Below are positions 1 through 10,917 of a stretch of 64,000 bases of DNA, piece by piece. The position numbers and the translations under genes were made by a program. Within the stretch, counting starts at the first letter, position 1; each line of letters starts with the position of its first letter. The notes under the pieces are model-generated. The model saw nothing but the letters and a program-made list of their open reading frames with translations, did not search any database and was not told where the DNA came from. Source of the DNA: Phaeosaccion multiseriatum (taxonomy: Eukaryota; Protista; Ochrophyta, other classes); NCBI GenBank assembly GCA_965112735.1, contig OZ218961.1:806001-870000 (forward strand), given 5' to 3'.

Positions 1-430
1 GGAGGAGGGGGAGGAGGAGGAGGAGGAGGAGGAGTCGTCGTCGGGGGAGGAGGAGGAGGAGCAGGAGGAGGAGGAGGAGGAGGAGGAGGAGCAGGAGGAG
101 GAGGAGGAGGAGGAGGAGGAGGAGGAGGAGGAGGAGGAGGAGGAGGAGGAGGAGGAGGAGGAGGAGGAGGAGGAGGAGGAGGAGGAGGAGGAGGAGGAGG
201 AGGAGGAGGAGGAGGAGGAGGAGGAGGAGGAGGAGGAGGAGGAGGAGGAGGAGGAGGAGGAGGAGGAGGAGGAGGAGGAGGAGGAGGAGGAGGAGGAGGA
301 GGAGGAGGAGGAGGAGGAGGAGGAGGAGGAGGAGGAGGAGGAGGAGGAGGAGGAGGAGGAGGAGGAGGAGGAGGAGGAGGAGGAGGACGAGGAGGAGGAG
401 GAGGAAGAAGAGAAGGAGGAAGAAGAGAAG
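1..430. repeat. (GAG)n microsatellite
   Basis: Near-perfect trinucleotide run. Confidence 0.95.
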
Positions 431-880
431 GAGGGGGAGAAGGGTGGGAAGAAGGGGGATCGTGGTTCCGCCGAGTGTATTAGTGAAGGTTGTCAGAAGA
501 GTCGCCAGGCGGGCTATGATAGTATGTGCATACGACACTCGCACATGAAGTTCCTGAAGGAGATGGTCATCAAGTACACGAGCAAGGGCAGCTGGTTGCG
601 AACGTATTTGCGGAGGAAGATGAAGGAGTGGGAGGAGAAGAAGCCTTTAGTGCAGATGACGAACACTCTGGAAGCGGAGAAGAACGAGAGGGAGGAGGAG
701 GGCGTGGACATTGAGTTGATTGATGTTATGCTGACATGTGTAGAGCAGAGAAGATCAAAATCAGGGAACTCAGCAAGAAGAGGAAGAAGGCAACTGCGCA
801 GCAGGAGGGGGGCGGGGTTGGGGGAGAAGAGGGAAGTCGGGGGGGACCTCACCAACTTCAACTTCCAGCAGACGGACTGA
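2..880 (+). CDS. Partial ORF, open at window edge: ~130-residue poly-Glu followed by a single C-x4-C-x11-C-x2-H motif (WRKY19-like zinc finger)
   Basis: The frame of ORF 524..880 stays open back to base 2 (GAG codons). It reads KKGDRGSAE-CISEGCQKSRQAGYDSMCIRH, resembling the CxxEGCxKxAQGxxxxCxxH repeats common in stramenopiles. Confidence 0.35.
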   Translation, partial: EEGEEEEEEEESSSGEEEEEQEEEEEEEEEQEEEEEEEEEEEEEEEEEEEEEEEEEEEEEEEEEEEEEEEEEEEEEEEEEEEEEEEEEEEEEEEEEEEEEEEEEEEEEEEEEEEEEEEEEEEEEEEEEDEEEEEEEEKEEEEKEGEKGGKKGDRGSAECISEGCQKSRQAGYDSMCIRHSHMKFLKEMVIKYTSKGSWLRTYLRRKMKEWEEKKPLVQMTNTLEAEKNEREEEGVDIELIDVMLTCVEQRRSKSGNSARRGRRQLRSRRGAGLGEKREVGGDLTNFNFQQTD

Positions 881-2021
881 AGGGGGGCTGGGCCCTGTAG
901 CAGCCGCAGCGGCAGGGAGGGCATCGATGGACGATCCCAAGCACGCCCACTTGGCAGCCCACCCAGGCATTTCATTGACTTAACTTAAATGCCCCACCGG
1001 GGGCAGGGGGGGAGGCAGCCAGTGGTTGTGTGTGTGACCAACTTTTGAGGAGGAGGAGAGGTGGGTAGGCGAAGGGCGAGGGGAGGCATGGGGAGTGCGA
1101 GAGGGGGGCGAGGAGTAGCTAGCTAGGGACGGGCGGTGGAAGAGGCGGGGGGGGGGCACCAGCAGGGTCAGGATGCAGGTCCGGTGTTACCGCCTGCGGG
1201 GAGGGGGGGGAGGGGAGGGGACGGGCTGCTGTAGCATAGGGGGGGGAGGGGAAAGAACACACTCAATTGAGATCCAACTGGCGGCACTAGAGACCCAACT
1301 AGCTGTGCCTTTGTTAGCTACTAGTGATATTGAAGAATCGTGTCGGATAGCCGAACCGCATTGGAGGATGGCAGTGGACAGGCGCGGGGAGGGAGGGAGG
1401 GAGGAGGAGGAGGAGGCGGACTGCAGAGTGCGAGGACGAGGGGCCCGAGAAAGTGTGTATGTATTGGTACGTATTGTACAATCTTGAAAGTCGTGTGCGT
1501 GACTTGCCGCCTTGAAGTTGTGAGGCAGTGACGCTTCTTTCTTCCTTTACAAATGAAAGTAATACAGTACTAGTACTAGTAGAAAGGTAAGAGATACTCG
1601 GAAGAGCGTTTCCTCCGCCAGTAGCAACCCCCGTGGCCCTCCTCCTTACCCCTGGACTGGAGAGACCAGGCCAGCCCCATCACCACGCTCAGCCACACTC
1701 CCCATCTTCGCCCCCCCCCAAGCAAAGTGTACAGCTACATCATCGGCCAAAACTACCACCGCCTCCTAGTGTTGCTGCTACTGCTACCAATGCTGCTGCG
1801 GTATCACCAACTGCTACTGTTACTGCTGCGGATGCGGTATCACCCACTGCTACTGTTGGTGCTGCTGCTGCGGTATCACCAACTGCTACTGTTGCTGGTG
1901 CTGACCTTGGAGGCCTGACAACTGCCGCCTGTGCCCCTCCACAGCCACCGGTCCGCTCTACAATGTCAAGGGTGTGGGTGTCAGGACTCAAGCGTGTCAG
2001 GAGTAATGAAGTGAATCTCCT

Positions 2022-5000
2022 TCACATGATAACCGCGGTGTGGTCAGCCCCGCAGCTCAACTGCCTCGCCCTCCCACCCCACTCCGGCGGCAGCTGTAGC
2101 GGCTGTATCGGCTGAACCCCACCCTGCTGGTGGTGGTGGTGGTGGTGGTGGTGCTGCTGGTGGTGCTGATTGAGGCCCCAGGTAAAGACGCGGTGATCGT
2201 CGCTCAGGGCAGCGGAGTGGTGGTGACCACAGCCCACCTGAGTCACACGCACCCCCCTCACTTGCTCCACTCTACGAGGCACCAGCACAGCTCGTGTCGC
2301 CTTGCCTGCTCCTCCTCCTCCTCCTCCTCCTCCTCCTCCACCACCACCACCACCACCACCACCACCCGCCGCGGCTCCTCCTACTCCTCCTGCACCTGCT
2401 GCTGCCACCGGTTCTGAAGCACCAACTCCTACCCCTCCTCCTCCTCCTCCTCCTGCTGCTCCTCCTCCTCCTCCTCCTCCTCCTCCTGCTCCCCCTCCTC
2501 CTCCTCCTCCTCCTCCTCCTCCTCCTCCTCCTCGTAGTCCAACTTGACCATAGTTATCATACCCACACGCAAACACGGCTCCACTCTCCGTCAAAAAGAC
2601 AGTGTGCCCATAGCCCCCTGCCGCCCCCACAACCCGAAGAGCCCTAGCGGCAAGGGCTCTGACGTGGGCAGGGAAGAAGTGATCCACATGGCTGCCCTGG
2701 CCCAGCCTCCCCTGCGAGCCACTTCCCCATGTAAAGACAGCCCCTTGCTCTGTGACCGCGATGGAGTGACTCCAGCCGGCGGCGATGAAGCTGACACCAG
2801 GTACTTTGCTGACACCAGGTACTTTGCTGACACCAGGTACTTTGCTGACACCAGGTACTTTGCTGACACCAGGTACTTTGCTGACACCAGGTACTTTGCT
2901 GACACCAGATACTGTCGGAGGTGCTTCCTGCCCACCCCTGATGGAAGACATAGATGCAGATGCAGACACACCACCGCCACAAGCCCGAGTATCCTTCTGT
3001 TGCCCTGGTTCCTCCTTCTCTGTCTCTGTCTTCTCGGTCTCCGTCGGCGTCTCTCTCTTGTTTGCATGTCTTCTCTCTGTCTCAGTCGGTGTCTCTGTCT
3101 CTGTCTCTACCCGAGAGGACGAGAAGATGGCACCAGACACGGGTACCAAAGGCTTTCCCTCCTCCTCCGCCAACACCTTGTAGAACCAGTCGGCCTTAAT
3201 CGGAAGCGGCACCCCGTCATCCACGCCTTGTTGGGCCTCCTTCACCCTTCCAAGTCTACCCGACCTTGCCCTCCCCCAACTGTACACCTGACCTCGGTCT
3301 GTCAGCGCTAAGGAGTGCCTCCCTCCACAGGCCACTGAGACGACTCTCGCCAGTCTCCTAGTGCCTCTACCACGAGTGCCCTCGCGACCCCCTCGGGCTG
3401 CCCTCCTCCTCCCTCGCTGCTGCTGCTGCTGCTGCTGCTGCATTCCTCCTCCCCTGCGGGATGAGGAACTAAATGCAAACCCGCTCTCCTCCTCCTCCTC
3501 CTCCTCCTCCTCCTCCTCCTCCTCCTCCCCCTCCTCCTCCACTAGTATCAGCCGCGGTTTGAGAACGACGAAGGAGCCGATGTCTCCCCTCTCTTCTCCC
3601 TCACTATCACTCACTCCCCCACCTCCCCTACCCCCTCCTCCTCCTCCTCCTCCTCCTCCTCCTCCTCCTCCTCCTCCTCCTCCTCCTCTCATGGGTCCCA
3701 CCTGCTGACACCGATTGTCGCCCCAGCCCCAGCACTCTCCCCGGTGGGTAGTGACAAGCATATGCCCCCCTCCACAGCTCACTTGACGCACCACCGTTGT
3801 GTGAAACGCCATCACCCTACAAGGCTTCTGTAACGGGAAGAAGGTTTCCGAATTGTCACTGTCTCTCCCATGGCCGAGCCTCCCTCCCTCCGCCATACCC
3901 CATGTCTGAAGCTCGCCTGCAGGAGGTGGTTTGAAGGTGTGTGTGTGAGTGTGTGTGAGAAAGAGTGTGTGCGTGTGTGGAAGTGGAAGGGGTAGTGAAT
4001 TCAGGGGGGTATGGAGCAAAGTCAGGGATGAGCTTCGGGAGAAAAATTGGAGTGTAAACTTGGGCCGACCGAACTTGGAGTCCGATTATGGAAGCAATAC
4101 GGACGCACACACACGCCAGCACACACACGCGCACCCACACGCAATCATCTACAGAGAGAGGACGTTTCTCTTAATAAAAAACACGTAACCTAAATACCAT
4201 ACCATACCATAACACAACATCACATCACATTACGAAACATTACGTAAGCTGACATAACGTTACGTACCATCTGCTGTCACCACCGCGAAGCACTGATCCC
4301 CACACGCGATGCGCAGGGGCTGCGCAGGCTGCTCCAGGCCGTCGTCATCGCTCACAATGGCGAAGGATTGCCCATGTGCCTGCCCTGACGACTGCCCATA
4401 TGCCTGCCCATATGTCTTCCCGTATTCTCCCCCTCCACCACCACCGCTGCCACCGCCGTTGTCACGGTCACGGTCACGGTCACAGGTTGGCGGTCGCCCA
4501 TGCCTGCCACTCTCGCCGCCGAAGATGCACACCACATTCTGTTGATAGCGGCTGCCTTCTTGCCCTTCGTTCGTCTCGTTCTTCTTCTCCTCTTCCTCCT
4601 CCTCCGACTGCTGTTCCATCGCCAACTGTTGTTGTTGCTGCTGCTGCTGCTGCTGCTGTATCGCCAACTGCCGCGAGTCCTCCTGTACACTCTGTGCATT
4701 CTCCAGGCAAGCAACGTCCGAGGCCACAGGTGGCAGCGACCGGATGGCCATGAATCCCAACGCGTCCAGATCGTCGTCGTTCTCCCCCTTCTCCTCCTCC
4801 TCCTCCTCCTCCTCCTCCACTAGGAGGCCCTCCCCAGCACTGCTACCTTCGCACGCCAACGCAGGCCCTTGACTCAAGCAAGGCTGTTGCTGCTGCTGAT
4901 GCGGATGCTGATGCTGATGCTTCTGCCTCTGCCTCTTCTGCTTCAGGGCTTCGTACTCCCTCCTCATGGACTCGCTCTCCTTCACCACACGCAAGCCCCC

Positions 5001-8000
5001 CGTCAGTGAAGTGCGATCTCCTCCACCAATAGCGGGAGGTACAGCAGTTGGTGGTACGGCACCAGTGGGTGCAGGAGTACCACGACCGGTGTGGACAGAT
5101 GGAGGAGAGGCAGAAGCAGACCGAGAGGGAGAGCGACACCTCTCCTGCTTCTGCGCCTGCTCATCACCATCACCATGAGCAGAAGCAAATCCATCGTCGT
5201 CGACAGAGGTGAAACCGTTGTCGTCATCGGATTCGTCATGCTTCAAATGGAGCCCCACCTTGGCCAGCAACCACTCCAGTGCCACAGACACGTTACTGAG
5301 GACGAATCCGACGGCGGATGCACTCGAATTGACAAAGTGGAACGCCTCAATGTAGCGTAAGTCAGTGAGCAGGGAGGCAGAGAACGGGTAGGCTGCAATG
5401 ATGCAGTGGGCGAGGACGAGCACCAAGTCGTCAGTCGCCAGTTGTAAGTGGCCGTGTTGGATGGCGTCGACGTGGTGCATCTCCAGGTTGGATTGGATGC
5501 TCGTGTGGATCTGACGGGTGGGTGGGTGGAAGGAGGAGGGGAGGGAGGGACGGAGGGAGGGAGGGGGGGAGAGGGAGGGAGGGGAGGGAGGGAGGGAGGG
5601 AGGGAGTGAGTGAAGTGGAGGGAGGGGAGGGAGGGAGGGGAGGGGAGGGAGGGAGGGAGTTAGGGAGGGAGTTAGGGAGGGAGGAAGAGAGAGACGGAGG
5701 GAGGGAGGAGGGAGGGAGGGAGTGAGGGAGGGAGGGAGGGAGGGAGGGAGGGAGGGAGGGAGGGAGGGAGGGAGGGAGGGAGGGAGGGAGGGAAGGGAGG
5801 GGAGGGGACGGAGGGGAGGGGCTCTAATGGTATTACAGCTAGTACTCCGAAGCAAAATGTGGAAGGTGGGTGGGATGAAAGTTTGTAGTCTCGTAGCATC
5901 ACAAAGCAGAACAAAAGCACGGACTTCCCATACGTTCATGTGAGCTCTTGAGCGTATCGAATGTCGACATGTTCGATACTGTGTCGACGCCCGCGAACTG
6001 AAACTGAGAACAAACCTGAAACTGAAACTGACACTGAAACTGACACTGAACTTTCCGTCTGCCACTCCCTCTCCCTGATGTACACGTGTAATTCGCACCT
6101 CGGTGGTAGCCTTCTTGAGCATGAGAAGCTTGTCCATTGGAGTGAAGCATCCGCTGACCGCGGCGAGAGACGCCACGGCTCGGGACTGAGGGCATTGGAA
6201 CTCTGCCCTCACGCCGATGTCAGCCTATGGGGAGGGGAGGGCAGGGTATAGAAGGGTAGGGTAGGGTAGGGTAGGGGAGGGGAGGATAGGGTAGGGGAGG
6301 GGAGGGCAGGGTAGGGTGATATATTGATGGATGGGTGGATGGATAGATGGATGATGGGCAGAGAGGGAGGGAGGGAGGGAGAGAGGGAGGGAGGGGGAGG
6401 GGCGGGAAGGGAAGGGGAGGGGCAGGAGAGGGGAGGGGAGAGGACGAGGGGGAGGAAGAGAGGGAGAACGAGAAAGAGAGTGGGGGGGGGGACGACAAAG
6501 TCATGACCTGAGTGTTGGTGCCGCTCGCGGTGTGCTGTCTGCCACGTGATATCGAAGCCTGGCTCTTATGCTCTTATGCTCTTATCTCTCATGCCTCTAC
6601 GCCACCCCCCCTCAGTGCCTCTATTGCTCTCTGCACACCCTCTGCCCCCTCTTGCACGCACTTGCCTGTGTGTGAAAGCGCATGAGTGAGATGGCCCTAC
6701 CCAGACCGGAGTCGATACCGTCGAAACAGTGCAGCACCCAAGGGTAAACGGCAGCGTGAGCACCCTCCATGAGGTAGCTCTCCACCACCTTGACCCAGAC
6801 GCACGCACACACACACACATAGGAGAGAGAGAGGAAGGGAGGGAGGGGAAGGAGGGAGGGAAGGAGGGAAAGAGGGAGGGAGGGAGGGAGGGAGGGAGGG
6901 AGGGAGGGAGGGAGGGAGGGAGGGAGGGAGGGAGGGAGGGAGGGAGGGAGGGAGGGAGGGAGGGAGGGAGGGAGGGAGGGAGGGAGGGAGGGAGGGAGGG
7001 AGGGAGGGAGGGAGGGGAGGGACGAAGGAAGAGAGGGAGGGAGGGAGGGAGGGAGGGAGGGAGGGAGGGAAGCATGCAGTTGGTGGCTGAGGTGAGAGGG
7101 CCACACAAGTCTTCGATAGCAATCTCTTGAAGAGAATAGCATGAGGTATGGCTGACCAAACTGAGCCTGAAACTGCAACTGAAACTGCAACTGAAACTGA
7201 AACTGTCTGTACCTGTGCGAGGATTGTCTCCCGGCCCTCCCCGCCCTCCATGCCACCCGACAGCACGAGGGCGTCTGCGCTGCGCCGCCACTGCTGCTCA
7301 AGGAGCCCTTCCAAGCTACACGCGTTGTACATACGTTGTACACGCGTTGTACATACGTTGTACACGCGTTGTACATGCGACGCCACGAGGGGAGGCACCC
7401 GCAGGTAGACACGCACGCACGCACGCACGTACGCAAAGGTGTGAACAATAGAGGCAGTTAGGAGGAGGGGGGTGGGGGAGGGCGTTGAGGTGAGCAAAGA
7501 GAGAGTGGAAGATAGAGTTAAAAGACGGAGAGAGAGAGAGAGAGTGGGAGATAGTTGGGTGTGGAGAGAGGGAAAGAGGGGAAACATAGAGAGAGGTAGG
7601 GAGGGAGAGAGAGAAGACAGAGAGAGGGAAAGGGAGGGAGAGAGAGAAGACAGAGAGAGGTAGGGAGGGAGAGAGAGAAAGGGAGGGAGAGAGAGAAGAC
7701 AGAGAGAGAGAAAGGGAGGGAGAGAGAGAAGACAGAGAGAGAGAGAAGACAGAGAGAGGGAAAGGGAGGGAGTGCTCTCATCCCTCTCACCCTCCCACGC
7801 CCGTCCTGCCCCCTCTCACTGCTTCCTTACCTTGGTTGGGCCCTGCTAAGGCAAGTTGGGTCTACTCCGGCCACTCTGGCGAGCTCTGCCACAAAGTCAT
7901 CAAGGTCCTGAAAGACCGCCTCCAGCTCAGGGTAGCACCGCAACAAAGCGACGTACCCCTTCACTGCCGCCTACGGACACGCGAATCGCAGGAACAAGCA

Positions 8001-9568
8001 GCCCATTTATTAGGATTTTTCGTTTTTTCGCGGGAGGGAGGGAGGGAGGGAGGGAGGGAGAGAGGGGAGGGAGGTACGTGTGTGTATGTGTGTCTGTGTG
8101 TGTATGTGTGTGGGTGTGGGCGAATGTGTGTGTGGGGGAAGGTGTGTGTGTGTGGGGTGTGTGTGTGTGTGTGTGTGTGGGTGAGAAGACGCAAGCAGCG
8201 GTAGTCAGTAGTGATAAGCACTTACTTAAAGGGATTAAGGGGTAAGTGCTTGGAAGTTGAGTAATGCTGATCGATTCCGTAAAGCAATGTTGTCCAATTT
8301 CACCACCCCTTCCTCCCCACAGCTCATTTGTGCCTGTTAACTCTAAAACTTACTTACATACTTACTTACTTTCTTACTTACTTACACTCTTCTCGCTCGT
8401 TCGCCCCCTCCACCCCTCCCCCCTTCCCTCCTTCCCTCCCTCCCTCCCTCTGTATCACCAACTCACTCACCTGGTCAAGCTCCCCAGACTCGTCCGGCGC
8501 AGCTATGCCCCCCTGGAGAGGCCTTGCGATGTACAGAAGCTTCACGGGCCTCTTCTCCACCAAGCCCACCTCCTTCGCCCTTGTCCAACGTGCCCCCTTC
8601 TTGTACAAGGGTGAGGGGCTGCTGACGACCTCAGACACAGACACAGTCGAAGGTCCGGGTTGGTGTCCGAGCGGCAGCTGCTCGTCTCGCTGCTGCGTGG
8701 CCCATGCTTGCTTGTCTCGGGGGTTTGGCTCCTCGGCCTGCTCAACCCGCTTCTCTTTCTCGCGACTGCTGTCGACCGCGGACACTACCACAGGCCATGG
8801 CCTGTGCTGCTGCTGCTGATCCCCTTTCGCTCCTCCCTTCTCTTCCTTCTCTCCCTCTTTCGAGCCCCGCTGTCCGCATCCCTCCTCCTCCGCCTCCTTC
8901 ATTATAGAAGTACAGCGAACCTCCATCTGGGGCTTGCCTATTGCCACCCTTTCCATGTAGCTCTGTAGATCCTCACTCAGCATCAGGCGCACCCTCCGGG
9001 GCTCTGGGAAGCCTCTCTTCGCGATGAGCTCGTTCCCGGCGATGGTCACGACCTTGCCATTGAGCGTCACGTACTCTCCAGGCAGCTTGCCTGGAAGGAG
9101 GATATGAGTGTGTACGTCGTCGAGAGTGATGTCGTCGCTTCCCAACGACGAGCTCTGAGGAACACACACAACAACCTCACCCCCACCCTCTTGCTCTACT
9201 CCTTCTCCCCTTCCTGCCAGAGCTCCGGCCTCACGCTCTTCACCTCCACGCAGAACAATCTTATTCCACAGGTCCCGATAGTCCGTGCGGAGGACGTATA
9301 GGAAGTAGTGGGTCTCGCTGCGTCGCTCTCGTCGATCGAGACTTCGCCTTGCTTTCCCTCGGTGGTACGCGCGGCAGGCAGGCTGGAATAAAGAGGGCAA
9401 AGGACAGCCGTAGCCAACGCCTGAGCCACCATCGTCCAGGTCTGAGTCGTAGGCCGGATCCTTAGCGTCGCCGTCGCCACAGCACTCTCCCCAGACTGGG
9501 TGTCTCACGGAACAGTCGAGTGAAGACGGCCCAACAAGCACAACGTCAGCAGCAGAAGTTGTGGCCAT
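2022..9568 (-). CDS. VARP/ANKRD27-like N-terminal domain + VPS9 Rab-GEF domain + C-terminal RCC1 repeats (7 predicted exons)
   Basis: Approximate exons: 9568-8471, ~7958-7831, ~7315-7213, ~6789-6666, ~6225-6100, 5510-4268, ~3916-2022. The N-terminus (HYFLYVLRTDYRDL, VCVPQSSSL, HILLP..EYVTLNGKVVTIAGNELIAKRGF, LLYIARPL) matches the VARP N-terminus. VPS9 motifs: TPMDKL, LATDDLV, GFVLSNVSVALEWL. RCC1 motifs: VSCGGGHML, VACGGRHSLAL..VYSWG..GRLG, IAAGWSHS..VFTWG..GRLG. Confidence 0.8.
2789..2912. repeat. 18-bp coding minisatellite (GCTGACACCAGGTACTTT) x~7, encoding (GVSKVP)n
   Basis: Direct tandem repeat inside the last exon of the VPS9-RCC1 gene. Confidence 0.9.
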
Positions 9569-10085
9569 TCTCAGCCTCCTCCTCACTCAACGTCAGACCT
9601 TCGCCTTCATATTCGATCAAGAAGCTGAATCTCCCAATCAATCCCTGTATTAAAAGTTTACCGCGCACTCACAAAAACGGAGACCGATCCGGCGGCGGCG
9701 GATGACTTAATTGACTTATGCGGCGTTACAGAGTTTGAGTTTCAGTGGTCTTCTGGTTCCTCGTGCCTAGTTTGCGTAGTGCAGCAGGAGAGGAGGGGCT
9801 TGGCAGGACTGAGTACTTTCCGAGAAGCACATCAACGGACAAGCTCTCACCTTGGTTCAAGGCGTAGAGCGGCGGTCACGCCACGACTTGGTCTCCCAAC
9901 AATCGCTCACTGGGGAAGCGTGGCCACGGAAAGGGGAAAGGATGCACGTCGAGGAGGTCGAGGTTGAAGCCGTAGGGTAGGCAGAGTAAGAGAACGCAAC
10001 AGAAGAAAGAGGGAGAGAGGAAAAGGCACCTCGGCTAGAACAAGCCCATTGGCTGAAAGGAAGTATAGAAAGTGACAGAGAAAAA
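9569..10085. promoter_or_regulatory. Probable bidirectional promoter (VPS9-RCC1 gene / DnaJ gene)
   Basis: Divergent start codons about 520 bp apart, and the spacer has no microsatellites. Positional inference only. Confidence 0.4.
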
Positions 10086-10874
10086 ATGGAGGTAGAGCTC
10101 GTGCCACCCGAGAAACTCTCGGAAGGGCAGGCTCTGGTGGGCAAGGGTGGGGTGGAGATCAAGAATGGACTGGCGGTGGTGCTCGAAGCCAAGCTGGCGT
10201 ACTCCGAGGACCCGGCGGTAAGTAATATGGACCTTTGCGGGTGTTGATAGTACGATACGTGCAGTGCAGGAGGTAGACATATGTGGAAGGGAGAGTAGAC
10301 TTCAAGCTTTAAGCACACAGAGGAACTAACCTACACCTCCATAGGATAAGCTCTCGAGAACAAAGGGCACGCTGCCCCTCTTCCTCAACCATATCGTGCT
10401 TTGTCCGCTCTTGTCACGCCTCCACTCTTCCCCACTACCCCTTCTCATCCTGGGACATCAATGCGCGACTTCAAACCCGTCATCTGCTCCTGTATTCATC
10501 GTGTGTGTGTGTGTGTGTGTGTGTGTCTGTGTGTGTTTGTGTGTGTGTGTGTGCCCTTACACGCGTTTTGCAAAATACAGGCCACGGGAGGAACCAACTG
10601 CTCCAACTTCCTCTCGGCAACGCTGCGTCGCCTCGCAGACGACCCTTACCTCACCCTCGACCTCGAGATGACCGCCACCGAGGCTGAGGTGAAGAAGGCG
10701 TACCGCAAACTGGCACTTAAATACCACCCCGACAAGAACAAGGCCACGTCTGTGCTCTTCCAGGCAGTGCAGGGCTCGTATGACACGCTCAGCGACGAGG
10801 CCTTACGGAAGGCTTACGACCTGAGGCGCCAGAGGCAGCAGGAGGCGCTAGGGAAGCTGCGGAAGAAGGCTCCT

Positions 10875-10917
<43 letters not shown>

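Noticed and set aside
1633-2115. ORF with (AAAVSPTATV)x3 repeats
   Set aside because: Low-complexity 36-bp repeat with a non-ATG start, overlapping the 3' end of the RCC1 gene, and no recognisable domain.
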